Shown: one piece after another, positions 1 to 9,054 of the stretch
How positions within the stretch are numbered: the first letter of the stretch is position 1
Layout: each line of letters opens with the position of its first letter
Source of the DNA: Bauldia sp.
GTDB lineage: Bacteria > Pseudomonadota > Alphaproteobacteria > Rhizobiales > Kaistiaceae
Assembly: GCA_036511595.1 (NCBI GenBank)
Contig: DATCBY010000072.1
Coordinates: 8,877 to 72,876, forward strand
Reading direction: 5' to 3'
Length of the DNA: 64,000 nucleotides
The notes under the pieces: generated by a model
What the model saw: only the letters and a program-made list of their open reading frames with translations
Told to the model about the DNA's origin: nothing
Database searches by the model: none
Made by a program: the position numbers and the translations under genes

Positions 1-577
1 GATCGTCGGCGTAGGCGTCGGAGGAATAGACGAACCCACCCTCCTCCGCCGCCAGACGGATGGAGTTATTTGACGAGCGGCCCTGGTAGAGACCGAGCGG
101 CCGCGAACCGGTCACGGCGGTGTGGATGCGGACGGCTTCGGCAATGTCGCGGCGCTCTTCGGCCTCTGCCTTGTCCTTCATCTCGACCCACTTCAGGCCG
201 TGGCTCGCGATCTCCCATTCCGCCTCCTTCATGGCGGCGACCGCCTCCGGGTTGCGCGCCATCGCCGTCGCTACGCCATAGACCGTCACCGGGATTTCGC
301 GCCCGGTAAACAGGCGCCACAACCGCCAGAAGCCGGCGCGCGAACCATATTCGTAGATAGATTCCATATTGGCGTGCCGCATGCCCGGCCACGGCTGGGC
401 GCCCACGATCTCCGACAGGAACGCTTCTGAGGCGGCATCACCGTGCAAGATGTTGTTTTCGCCGCCCTCCTCGTAGTTGACGACGAACTGCACCGCGACG
501 CGGGCACCGCCCGGCCAGTTGGGGTCGGGGGGCGTGCGGCCATAGCCGGTCATGTCGCGGGGATAGGTTTCCTGCAT
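1..577 (-). CDS. puuE: Allantoinase PuuE (polysaccharide deacetylase family), N-terminal part; the C-terminus runs off the window
   Basis: My own minus-strand translation from ATG (575-577) reads MQETYPRDMTGYGRTPPDPNWPGGARVAVQFVVNYEEGGENNILHGDAASEAFLSEIVGAQPW...YEYGSRAGFWRLWRLF...GLYQGRSSNNSIRLAAEEGGFVYSSDAYADD. This matches the PuuE allantoinase N-terminal signature as I recall it. It is open to position 1, which is why it is missing from the ORF track. Confidence 0.8.
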   Translation of the reverse strand, partial: MQETYPRDMTGYGRTPPDPNWPGGARVAVQFVVNYEEGGENNILHGDAASEAFLSEIVGAQPWPGMRHANMESIYEYGSRAGFWRLWRLFTGREIPVTVYGVATAMARNPEAVAAMKEAEWEIASHGLKWVEMKDKAEAEERRDIAEAVRIHTAVTGSRPLGLYQGRSSNNSIRLAAEEGGFVYSSDAYADD

Positions 578-612
578 GCTGGATTTCCTGCTCGCTCGCG
601 GGCTTGCGGCCG

Positions 613-628
613 TTAAACAATCATTAAC
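613..628. promoter_or_regulatory. Candidate CtrA box (TTAA-N7-TTAAC)
   Basis: TTAAacaatcaTTAAC is an exact match to the alphaproteobacterial CtrA full-site consensus. It lies in the 100-bp spacer between the puuE ATG (577, minus) and the small ORF ATG (679, plus). Confidence 0.45.
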
Positions 629-678
629 CGTCGGGGGCCAACTTGGAAGAAGGCCGCATAGAGCGAGACTTTGTCATC

Positions 679-879
679 ATGGGTAAAACCCGCTTCCAGA
701 CAACCGAGGAAAACGAGAAAGTCAGCGACGAAATCGACGCGCAGGTCAAACGCCTGCGGCAGATTCTTCTGCTGATGGCGCCGGAAACCGGATCGGGCGC
801 GCTCGGCGCGATGCGCAAGGCCGCCCCCGACATGCCGCTCGCCGACCGGGTCCGCCTGCTTACGGAATACCGGCGCTAG
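679..879 (+). CDS. Hypothetical small protein (66 aa)
   Basis: The first ATG of track ORF 643..879 gives MGKTRFQTTEENEKVSDEIDAQVKRLRQILLLMAPETGSGALGAMRKAAPDMPLADRVRLLTEYRR. Third-position GC is about 80% by hand count, which is host-like. No family recognised. Its 3' end overlaps the convergent pssA by 20 nt. Confidence 0.5.
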   Translation: MGKTRFQTTEENEKVSDEIDAQVKRLRQILLLMAPETGSGALGAMRKAAPDMPLADRVRLLTEYRR

Positions 880-1699
880 GACCACCCGTCTTGGCAGGGT
901 CCTGCCGCAGGTGGCGCTGATAGGCATTCCACGCCAGCGGCAGACTTCCCAAGTATACCAGCGACAACGCCGTCATCGTTTCCCACGGGAAACTGACCAG
1001 GAATGCCACCACCAGCACACCGCCGACAAATAGGGGCGCCACCCGTTCGCGCTCGATACGGCGGCCGATGAGCTTGCCCGACCATGTTGGCAGCCGGCTC
1101 ACCATCAGCAGCCCGACCGCGATCGTGTAGACCAGCACCAGTGGCGCGGTCAGGAAGCCATGCGGGAGCGGCAACGCGGTGAACTCGGCGTAGAGCGGCA
1201 GCATCACTATGACCGCACCCGCCGGCGCCGGCACGCCGACAAAGAACCGCGCCTGCCAGTCCGGCTTGTCGGGCGCATCGAGCGCCACGTTGAAGCGCGC
1301 GAGCCTGAGCGCCGCCGAGATCACATAGACCAGCGCCGCAATCCAGCCGAGCGAGCGGAGGTCGGCCAGCGCCCACACGTAAACGAGGATGGCCGGGGCA
1401 ACGCCGAAGTTGACGAAATCGGCGATAGAGTCGAGTTCGGCGCCGAAGCGCGAGGTCGACTTCAGCAATCGTGCGATGCGCCCGTCGATGGCGTCGAGTG
1501 CCGCCGCGACCGCGATCAACAGCACCGCCAGGCCGTAGCGGTGCTCGATCGTCATGCGGATGGACGTGAGCCCGGCACAGAGTGCCAGCAGCGTGACGAG
1601 ACTCGGAAGTACCGAGCGCAGCGGCACCGGCGCGAGGCGAGGCCGCACGCGCCGCCGGACATTTTCCTCGTCGGGGTTGAAAGGCTGGAAGAGCGACAT
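860..1699 (-). CDS. pssA: CDP-diacylglycerol--serine O-phosphatidyltransferase (phosphatidylserine synthase)
   Basis: CDP-alcohol phosphatidyltransferase motif DAIDGRIARLLKSTSRFGAELDSIADFVNFG and a multi-TM profile. I placed the start at MSLFQPF (ATG 1697-1699), 8 nt after the psd stop. The longer track ORF would overlap psd. Confidence 0.9.
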   Translation of the reverse strand: MSLFQPFNPDEENVRRRVRPRLAPVPLRSVLPSLVTLLALCAGLTSIRMTIEHRYGLAVLLIAVAAALDAIDGRIARLLKSTSRFGAELDSIADFVNFGVAPAILVYVWALADLRSLGWIAALVYVISAALRLARFNVALDAPDKPDWQARFFVGVPAPAGAVIVMLPLYAEFTALPLPHGFLTAPLVLVYTIAVGLLMVSRLPTWSGKLIGRRIERERVAPLFVGGVLVVAFLVSFPWETMTALSLVYLGSLPLAWNAYQRHLRQDPAKTGGPSAGIP

Positions 1700-1706
1700 C
1701 GCCCGC

Positions 1707-2420
1707 TCAGTTGATCCGGACGCGGCGCTCGCCGCCGACGCCGGCACCGAAGCGGGCAATTACGGTTTCGCCGGCGATCGCCGTCTGCCCCTCGCCGACC
1801 AGTATGGTGGCGCTGACCGGCAGGTAGACGTCCACGCGCGACCCGAACCGGATGAGACCGATGCGCTCGCCCGGCGCCAGCTGGTCGCCTTCGGCGCGAA
1901 AGCAGACGATGCGACGCGCCACCAGTCCGGCGATCTGCACGACGCCCACCGGCCCATGCTCGGTCTCCAGCAGAAAGCCATTGCGTTCGTTGCCCTCGCT
2001 CGCCTTGTCGAGTTCGGCGTTGATGAATTTTCCCGGGGTATAGACGATTTTCGTGACGCGGCCGGCGAGCGGCGAGCGATTCACGTGGCAATCGAAGACA
2101 CTCATGAAGATCGACACGCGCCGCCGGGTCTGCTCGCCAAGCCCGAGTTCTTTAGGCGCCACCCCTAGCGACACGCGCGACACCCGCCCGTCCGCCGGAC
2201 TGACGACAAGGTCCTTGTCGAGGGGAGTGTAGCGGCGCGGATCTCGGAAGAAATAAGTGCACCACGCCGTTAGGATCAGTCCGATCCAGAAGATCGGCGC
2301 CCAGAACCAGCCGAAGAAAAGTGTTACCACCAGCAGGATGGCGATGAAGGGGAAACCCTCGCGCCGGATGGGGACGAGCATTCCCCTGATCGAGCTGATG
2401 ATCGATTCGGCCGAGTTCAT
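1707..2420 (-). CDS. psd: Phosphatidylserine decarboxylase proenzyme (short alphaproteobacterial type)
   Basis: [26 protein letters not shown]..., a TM segment, and FGSRVD, the self-cleavage G-S site region. It forms a psd-pssA pair. The start was trimmed to ATG 2418-2420, because the 60 upstream track codons are Arg/Gly-rich filler. Confidence 0.88.
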   Translation of the reverse strand: MNSAESIISSIRGMLVPIRREGFPFIAILLVVTLFFGWFWAPIFWIGLILTAWCTYFFRDPRRYTPLDKDLVVSPADGRVSRVSLGVAPKELGLGEQTRRRVSIFMSVFDCHVNRSPLAGRVTKIVYTPGKFINAELDKASEGNERNGFLLETEHGPVGVVQIAGLVARRIVCFRAEGDQLAPGERIGLIRFGSRVDVYLPVSATILVGEGQTAIAGETVIARFGAGVGGERRVRIN

Positions 2421-2482
2421 GCGCATCCTTCCCGGGGCGCGCATAACAAGCATGGAACCGCCGGCAAGTGAAGCGCGGCAGA

Positions 2483-4414
2483 CTATTCGGCGGCGACCGG
2501 CTCTGGCGCTTCCCCACGGTCGACGATGCCGACAATGTCCGCCTCGCCCGTCTGGCGCAGCCGCTCCGCCGCCTCGGCGGCCGCGCGCTGCCGGTTCCAC
2601 ATCGAGGCGTAGAGGCCGCCCTCGGCCAGCAGCGCGTCGTGCGACCCGCGTTCGGTGATGCGGCCATCGTCCAGCACGATGATCTCGTCGGCATTGACCA
2701 CCGTCGACAGGCGGTGGGCGATCACCAGCGTCGTGCGATCGCGCGACACCCGATCGAGCGCCGCCTGGATTTCGCGCTCGGTGTGGATGTCGAGCGCCGA
2801 CGTCGCCTCGTCGAGAATGAGGATCGGCGGTGCCTTCAGCACGGTCCGCGCAATCGCCACCCGCTGCTTCTCGCCGCCGGAAAGTTTCAACCCACGCTCG
2901 CCGACCTCAGTCGCGTACCCGGCCGGCAGGCTTTCCACGAACGCGCCAATCTGGGCGGTGTCGGCCGCTTCCCGAACCTCCACGTCGCTCGCCTCCGGAC
3001 GGCCGTAGCGGATGTTGTAGGCGATGGTATCATTGAAGAGCACGGTGTCCTGCGGAACCATGCCGATGGCAGCGCGCAACGACTCCTGCGTCACGTCGCG
3101 AATGTCCTGGCCGTCAATGGTGATGCGCCCGCCGGTCACGTCGTAGAAGCGGAAGAGCAGCCGAGAAATGGTCGATTTGCCGGCGCCTGATGGCCCGACC
3201 AGCGCTACCGTCCGTCCGGCCGGCACATCGAAAGAGATGCCCTTCAGGATCGGCCGGTCCGCGTCGTAGTGGAAGAGAACGTTCTCGAAACGCACGCGCC
3301 CGCCATCGACGGCGAGTGCCTTGGTGCCCGGCCGGTCCTGAACTTCGGCCGTCACCTCAAGCAGGTCGAACATCGCTTCGACATCGATCAGCCCTTGCTT
3401 CATCTCGCGATAGACCATGCCGATGAAGTTGAGCGGCACGGCAAGCTGCAGCAGCAGCGCATTAATGAGCACGAAGTCGCCGATCGACTGTTGGCCGTGA
3501 AGGACGGCGACGCCCGACATCGCCATGCAGATCGTGCTGCCCGCGGTGAAGATGACGATCTGGCCGATGTTGAGGAACGCCAGCGACGTGTACATCTTCA
3601 CGGCCGCCGCCTCGTAACGCCCCATGGCGCGGTCGAAGCGCGTCGCTTCCATCTTCTCGTTGCCGAAATACTTGACAGTCTCGAAGTTGAGCAGCGAGTC
3701 CACCGACTTGTTGTTGGCGTCCTGGTCCGACTCGTTCATCGTCCGGCGTATGCCGATACGCCAGTTGGAGGCTCGCACCGTGAACAGGATGTAGAGCACG
3801 ACCGTCGCCGCCACGACCGCGAGATACCGCCAGTTGAACTGGTACGTGATGATCGCCGCCGCGAACGCGAATTCGAGGAACGTCGGCAGTGTGTTCAGGA
3901 TCGTGTAGCGGACGATCGTCTCGATGCCGTTGGTGCCGCGCTCGATGACGCGCGCCAGTCCGCCCGTCCGCCGCTGCAGGTGATAGCGGAGCGACAGCTC
4001 GTGGATATGCACGAATGTCGTGTAGGCCAGCCTGCGCACGGCGTGCTGGCCGACGCCGGCAAACAGCGCATCGCGCAAGTTGTTGAAGACGTTCATCAGG
4101 ATACGGCCGACGCCGTTGGCCACGATCAGCAGGATCGGCACGGTGACGACAACGGCGAGGCCGACGCTCAGCGAACCGTCGGCGGCGACGGTCGGCTTCG
4201 AGGTCAGCGCATCGGTCGCCCACTTGTAGGTATAGGGCACGAGCACGGTGACGATCTTGGCCAGCACCAGCACCGCAAGAGCCATCCCGACGCGCGCCTT
4301 GAGATCGGGCCGGCCTGACGGCCACATGACCGGCCACAACCGCAACAACGCCGCAGCCATAGACTCGCGCTTCGTCCGCAACGCAACCTTGGGGGCGCCG
4401 GAAACGAGGCTCAT
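2483..4414 (-). CDS. ABC transporter ATP-binding protein/permease, Atm1/ABCB7-like exporter
   Basis: 643 aa with a six-TM N-terminal half. Walker [13 protein letters not shown] signature [13 protein letters not shown] and Walker [13 protein letters not shown] are present. Confidence 0.9.
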   Translation of the reverse strand: MSLVSGAPKVALRTKRESMAAALLRLWPVMWPSGRPDLKARVGMALAVLVLAKIVTVLVPYTYKWATDALTSKPTVAADGSLSVGLAVVVTVPILLIVANGVGRILMNVFNNLRDALFAGVGQHAVRRLAYTTFVHIHELSLRYHLQRRTGGLARVIERGTNGIETIVRYTILNTLPTFLEFAFAAAIITYQFNWRYLAVVAATVVLYILFTVRASNWRIGIRRTMNESDQDANNKSVDSLLNFETVKYFGNEKMEATRFDRAMGRYEAAAVKMYTSLAFLNIGQIVIFTAGSTICMAMSGVAVLHGQQSIGDFVLINALLLQLAVPLNFIGMVYREMKQGLIDVEAMFDLLEVTAEVQDRPGTKALAVDGGRVRFENVLFHYDADRPILKGISFDVPAGRTVALVGPSGAGKSTISRLLFRFYDVTGGRITIDGQDIRDVTQESLRAAIGMVPQDTVLFNDTIAYNIRYGRPEASDVEVREAADTAQIGAFVESLPAGYATEVGERGLKLSGGEKQRVAIARTVLKAPPILILDEATSALDIHTEREIQAALDRVSRDRTTLVIAHRLSTVVNADEIIVLDDGRITERGSHDALLAEGGLYASMWNRQRAAAEAAERLRQTGEADIVGIVDRGEAPEPVAAE

Positions 4415-4685
4415 TCGCAGGCCGGCAGGCGCGAAAGGCTCCGGCGAGAGCGGAGGGCAAAACGAAAGAACATGGAGGCTCGGGGTCCGGATCGGATGTA
4501 CCCGAGATAAACTCTAATGTGCGGAATTCAAGCCGCGCGACCCGTGCGAACTGAGCGCAAGCGCCGAAATCTGCCCACCGCTACCCGCCTCCGGGAAGTG
4601 TAGTCGCGCAAAGCGCGGTGGGAGGGGAAGCTACGGCAAGCGACGGCCGCATGCCGTCGTCCTCGCCCTGCTATTCTCTTCCTGT

Positions 4686-6119
4686 TTAGTCCGTCCAGGT
4701 CGCATCGCCCTTCGGCATGATGAACACCTGTCCCGGATAGATCCAATGCGGATTGCGGATCTGATCAGTGTTCGCCTGATAGATCGTCGACCAGTGCATG
4801 CCCTGCCCCCAGGCTCCCCGCGCGATCCGCCAGAGGTTGTCGCCACGCTTGATCACGACAGTCTCCATAGTGACCTGACCCGACGCCGCTGCTCCGGCTT
4901 CGCCGGCGCCGCCACTGGTGGCCGGCTTCAATTCGGCCACCTCAACCTCGCGCTCGAAGGGCACTTCGGAGCGCGCGATGACCTTGCCGTCGCTGTCGAC
5001 CTGATCGACGCGGACCGTGTAGCTGCCCGCCGGCAGGTCGCGCTTCGTCTGCACCAGCCACGTCCCCGCCGCCGTAGGCGTCGAATCGCCGAGCGGCTTG
5101 TCGTCGAGATAGACCCGCACCGTCTCTCCCGTGGCCGCCGTCCCGCCGACATAGATCGAGCCCGCTGTATCCGCTTCGACGGCACCAACGACCACCTGGG
5201 GAGTCGGCGGAGGCGGAGTGGTGGGCGCCGGTTCTGGCGCGGTCGTTGCCACGGGCGGCTCGGCCGCCACCGGAGGTTCAGCCGCAACAGGCGGCTCTGC
5301 CTTGATCGGCGGCTCGGCTTCCACTGGCGGTTCCGCGACCACGGGCGGTTCGGCGGCAGCGGACGCCGGCGGTTGCGCAGCAGCGGCAGGCGCCGGCGAC
5401 TCAGCCGCAGCAGGCGGTTGCGCAGTCGGGGCAGGCGTCGGCGGTTCAGTAGTAGCAGCGGGCGGGGGCGGTCCGACAACAACCGCAGGCGCCGGCGGTT
5501 CCAGCTTGGCGACTTTGGTGTCGTTGCCGGCACCCTTCGGCACCTCCAACACCTTGCTCGGCGCGTTGGGGTCGCTGAGCACGACCAACACATCCTTGGA
5601 TCCCTTCTCCGGCACGGAGACAGTCACCCGCTGGTCGGAAAGCGTCGCCACGGTCTGGTCCTTAGAGGTCGTACGGAGCGCAAGATCGTGCGAGCCGGGG
5701 TCCAGCGGCTTGTTCAGCGTGAGCGCCCAGTCCCCGCTCTGGTCGGCTTTGGCCGTGGCAATGGGTGCGGCGCCATCGAGCACTTCGACCTTGGAGCCGG
5801 GCTCGGCCTGCCCCGCTGCCGTTGCATCCCCGGAAGGTTCGACACGCACCACGTCAAAAGTAGGCGGAACCGTCGCCGCAGGCGTCGCAGGCGCTGGCTC
5901 GCTGACGGTCGGGTTGGCAGTGGCCACAGTCGTATCCGCCGGCGCCGCGGCCGGTGCCGCCGGAGTGTTGTCCGCGGCGGCTGCCGCCGCAGCCGGAGCA
6001 GTCTCGGCTGGTGGCGCCATAACCACGGCCGACTGACCGCCGTGCCACGCCGGAACCTCAAGATAGGTCAACCCGCCGATGACCACGAGAAAAACGAGAA
6101 ATCCGAGGCTCTTGTTCAT
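4686..6119 (-). CDS. LysM peptidoglycan-binding protein with N-terminal anchor, two Ig-like segments and a Pro/Ala-rich spacer
   Basis: N-terminal hydrophobic helix MNKSLGFLVFLVVIGGLTY. C-terminal LysM VVIKRGDNLWRIARGAWGQGMHWSTIYQANTDQIRNPHWIYPGQVFIMP. A long PA-rich low-complexity core lies between them. Confidence 0.85.
   Translation of the reverse strand: MNKSLGFLVFLVVIGGLTYLEVPAWHGGQSAVVMAPPAETAPAAAAAAADNTPAAPAAAPADTTVATANPTVSEPAPATPAATVPPTFDVVRVEPSGDATAAGQAEPGSKVEVLDGAAPIATAKADQSGDWALTLNKPLDPGSHDLALRTTSKDQTVATLSDQRVTVSVPEKGSKDVLVVLSDPNAPSKVLEVPKGAGNDTKVAKLEPPAPAVVVGPPPPAATTEPPTPAPTAQPPAAAESPAPAAAAQPPASAAAEPPVVAEPPVEAEPPIKAEPPVAAEPPVAAEPPVATTAPEPAPTTPPPPTPQVVVGAVEADTAGSIYVGGTAATGETVRVYLDDKPLGDSTPTAAGTWLVQTKRDLPAGSYTVRVDQVDSDGKVIARSEVPFEREVEVAELKPATSGGAGEAGAAASGQVTMETVVIKRGDNLWRIARGAWGQGMHWSTIYQANTDQIRNPHWIYPGQVFIMPKGDATWTD
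5247..5354 (-). repeat. Six tandem 18-bp coding repeats (AEPPVx hexapeptide) inside the LysM gene
   Basis: Residues 256-291 read AEPPVV AEPPVE AEPPIK AEPPVA AEPPVA AEPPVA. The plus-strand DNA shows the 18-nt period (for example tgccacgggcggctcggc). Confidence 0.85.
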
Positions 6120-6268
6120 GACTCGATATCCGCTCCGCCGAATCCGAAGGGCTCGGATGCGCCGGAATTATACGTGGTCGCCCACCCACCACAAGCAAAC
6201 GCGGTGCCATCAGCGGTGAGCAAACAATTGAATTGCCGCCTCGGCCCGGCTTCGTCATCGTCCGACCG

Positions 6269-7129
6269 ATGCGCCACATTCGCCGGCAAAAAGGCAACAG
6301 CTTGGCAAGACTTCCGTTCGCACTGCTGACCGCCATCCTCCTAGCTATATCGGCCGCGTCACCGGCGCGAGCCGCCGCCGATATCGACAACCCCTATCAG
6401 GTGACCATGGTCACCAGCGGCACCTCCGTGGAGCGCCGCGGCCCCGCCTTGACCGAGCTTCTGGGCGATGTGCTGGTCAAGGTTTCCGGCAACCGGCGGC
6501 TGGCGATCGATCCGCGCATAGCGAAACTCGCGCCCGACGCGGGCAGCCTCGTCGATTCGTTCAGCTACTACGACCGCATGACCGGCATCGCCCTCCATGA
6601 CGAGCAGGGCAGCTACGACCGCCCCAACGACTTCACCGTCACGTTCGACAAGGCAAAGATCGACGCCGTCCTCGCATCCCTCGGCGATAAGCCGTGGCCA
6701 GAGCCCCGGCCGCGCGTCCTGCTTTTCGTCGGCACGCGCAAGGGCGACACCGTGTTCAGCCCCGCCAGCGATGGCGACCGCGATCCCGGCATGCGCGATA
6801 CACTGGCCGCGACCGCCGTACGCTACGGCCTGCACGCCGCCTTCGCCGCCGGCGCCACGCTTGCCGCCACCGGCGCCAGCTTCGCGAAGCTGCCCGACGC
6901 CGACCTCGCCGCCCTCGACGCAGCCGCCAAAGCGGAGAGCGCCAATGCCGCCCTCGTCGGCACCCTCGATTTCAGCGACGCCGTGCACGGCTGGGTCGTC
7001 AACTGGCGCATGCAGTGGAAGGGCAAGGCCTACCGTTGGGGTATCAGCGGCGTCAGCTACGATGACGCCTATCGCGACGCCGTGGCAGGCGCCGCCTCCA
7101 TCCTTTCCGGCCACGGCGCCCTCGACTAA
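6269..7129 (+). CDS. DUF2066-like exported protein
   Basis: Signal peptide LARLPFALLTAILLAISAASPARAAA, then YQVTMVTSGTSVERRGPALTELLGDVLVKVSGNRRL, which resembles the DUF2066 N-terminal block. The start is set at the first ATG (6269), because the track start 6233 is TTG. Confidence 0.65.
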   Translation: MRHIRRQKGNSLARLPFALLTAILLAISAASPARAAADIDNPYQVTMVTSGTSVERRGPALTELLGDVLVKVSGNRRLAIDPRIAKLAPDAGSLVDSFSYYDRMTGIALHDEQGSYDRPNDFTVTFDKAKIDAVLASLGDKPWPEPRPRVLLFVGTRKGDTVFSPASDGDRDPGMRDTLAATAVRYGLHAAFAAGATLAATGASFAKLPDADLAALDAAAKAESANAALVGTLDFSDAVHGWVVNWRMQWKGKAYRWGISGVSYDDAYRDAVAGAASILSGHGALD

Positions 7130-7183
7130 GCGCCAGCCACGGAAAATCTTGACGCCCGCCCTCGCCCGGTGCGACACACCCCC

Positions 7184-7798
7184 ATGGCCGAATTCAGAAG
7201 TCTCTGCGTCTATTGTGGCGCCAACGCCGGTGCTGCGCCCGAATATACCGCCGCCGCCCGCGGCCTCGGCGCCGCTATGGCGGCGGCGAAAGTCCGCCTC
7301 GTCTATGGCGGCGGCTCGATCGGCCTCATGGGCATCGTCGCCCGCACCGTCATCGAGAATGGCGGTGATGTCACCGGCATCATCCCGCAGTTCCTGAAGG
7401 ACCGCGAGATAATGCTGCGCGAGGTGCCCGATCTGGTTGTCACCGCCGACATGCACGAGCGCAAGCGCATCATGTTCCAGCGCGCTGACGCCTTCGTCGC
7501 GCTGCCCGGCGGCATCGGCACGCTGGAGGAGGTCGTCGAGGTGATGACCTGGGCGCAGCTCGACCAGCATGCCAAGCCGGTCCTCATCGTCAACATCAAC
7601 GGCTTCTGGGACCCGCTGATCGCTCTGTTCCGGCGCATGATGGAAGAAGGCTTCTTGCACAAGGCCTTCCTTGGCGATCACACCGACCTCCCGGTCGCCT
7701 TCGTCGACTCTGTGGATGAGGTCATCCCGACCATCCGCGCCACACTCGCCGCCGTGCCGCGTGCGAAGCTCGACGAACCGGCCGACGCGCGGCTGTAG
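7184..7798 (+). CDS. LOG family protein (TIGR00730-type cytokinin riboside 5'-monophosphate phosphoribohydrolase-like)
   Basis: LCVYCGANAG...YGGGSIGLMG...ADAFVALPGGIGTLEEVVEVMTWAQL shows the PGGxGTxxE LOG signature. The ATG is at 7184, with an upstream in-frame GTG at 7169. Confidence 0.88.
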   Translation: MAEFRSLCVYCGANAGAAPEYTAAARGLGAAMAAAKVRLVYGGGSIGLMGIVARTVIENGGDVTGIIPQFLKDREIMLREVPDLVVTADMHERKRIMFQRADAFVALPGGIGTLEEVVEVMTWAQLDQHAKPVLIVNINGFWDPLIALFRRMMEEGFLHKAFLGDHTDLPVAFVDSVDEVIPTIRATLAAVPRAKLDEPADARL

Positions 7799-8995
7799 CT
7801 AGGCCGCCGTGCCGCCGCGGTTCCAGCCGCGGCCGTGATCGCCGAATGCCTCCCAACCGTCGGCCGTCACCGCCAGCGTATCTTCCAGCTTGATGTATCC
7901 GCGCTTCGGATGCGGCAGCGTCGTCTCGATCGACAACACCATGCCGGCTTCCAACGGCTTGTCCACGGCGTCTGCCGGATAAGGGATTGGCCCCTTATCG
8001 GTAAGTCGCGGCGCCTCGTGGCTGATCAGTCCCATGCCGTGCGCAACGAATTCCAGGAGGTTGCCATGCGGCGAGCGGCGCAGCAGGCCATCGACCGCGT
8101 CGTAGATGTCGCCGCCGCGCGCGCCGGCGCGGATCGGCTTCCGTGACGCCTGCTGGATTTCCTCGACGGTTCCGAGGAGATCGATCAACTCCGCATCCGG
8201 CTCGCCGTGGATCGCCATCCGGCAGACATCGCCGATATAGCCCTTGATGTTGCCGCCGGAGTCGAGCGTCAGCGGATCGCCCTCGCCCCAGATCAGCCTG
8301 TCCGATGGCGCCCGGTTCAAGCTGGCGCCGGCCGTGACCAGGCAATAGTCGAACTCCAGCCCTCGCTCGATCTCCTCCAGGCGCATCGCGTCGACAAGCG
8401 CGCGGGTCGAGGTGCCCGGCCCGTGTCCCGCCATCACCGCCAGCATCGAGTCGACGACCTTTTCGGATGCCTCGCGCAGATACTGCAGTTCCTGCGGCGA
8501 TTTCACCGCGCGCAGGTCTTCCAGCGCCACCAGCGCATCGACGATCCGCCCGCCCGGCATCTCTTTTCGCAACACCTCTTCAGCATCCGCGCCGAGGAAC
8601 GCCCGCTCGACGGCGATCGTCTTCGCTCCCATCCCGCTCTTCTTCAGGTGCTCGACCGCGGCGGCCATGGCCTTCGGTCCATAGAGCGCCGACGAAACGA
8701 AATCCGGCGACCACAGCACGCCGAGATCCTTCTCGTAGCGCTCCATGCCGTTCCCGATGTAGCGCGTCCGCTCGACGTGGCCGCGCTGATATACCAGCAG
8801 CGGCGTGTAGCGGCCGACGCCGATGGCGTCGAAATGCTCGAAGAAAAAGAAACGATAGCCGCCGAGCAGGTATTGGATGTTGTGCTTGGACGAAACGATC
8901 AGCGCGTCGATGCCGGCGCGGTCCAGTATCGCATCGAGCTTGGCGGCATCGAACGGAATCGCAGTCGCCGACTTGACGGCGCTGGCGTCGTTCAT
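7799..8995 (-). CDS. M24 family metallopeptidase (Xaa-Pro dipeptidase/creatinase-like)
   Basis: Creatinase-type N-domain plus a pita-bread fold with metal ligands (DSGGNIKGYIGDVCR, HGMGLISHE, LSIETT). The start is at MNDASAV (ATG 8993-8995), preceded by GGGAGGAAGCC. Confidence 0.85.
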   Translation of the reverse strand: MNDASAVKSATAIPFDAAKLDAILDRAGIDALIVSSKHNIQYLLGGYRFFFFEHFDAIGVGRYTPLLVYQRGHVERTRYIGNGMERYEKDLGVLWSPDFVSSALYGPKAMAAAVEHLKKSGMGAKTIAVERAFLGADAEEVLRKEMPGGRIVDALVALEDLRAVKSPQELQYLREASEKVVDSMLAVMAGHGPGTSTRALVDAMRLEEIERGLEFDYCLVTAGASLNRAPSDRLIWGEGDPLTLDSGGNIKGYIGDVCRMAIHGEPDAELIDLLGTVEEIQQASRKPIRAGARGGDIYDAVDGLLRRSPHGNLLEFVAHGMGLISHEAPRLTDKGPIPYPADAVDKPLEAGMVLSIETTLPHPKRGYIKLEDTLAVTADGWEAFGDHGRGWNRGGTAA

Positions 8996-9054
8996 GGCTT
9001 CCTCCCGGGCACGTTTTCCTCGCGCCGAGCGTACACCAACCCGCCCGGAACCGC

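Noticed and set aside
4746-6329. 527-aa plus-strand ORF, and 5218..6036 with GGSA repeats
   Set aside because: Both lie antisense to the LysM gene. The sequence is extreme Arg/Gly low complexity that mirrors the Pro/Ala codons of the real gene, and it has no motifs.
6359-7681. 440-aa minus-strand ORF
   Set aside because: It lies antisense to DUF2066 and LOG, both of which have signal-peptide or motif support. Its composition is shadow-ORF-like.
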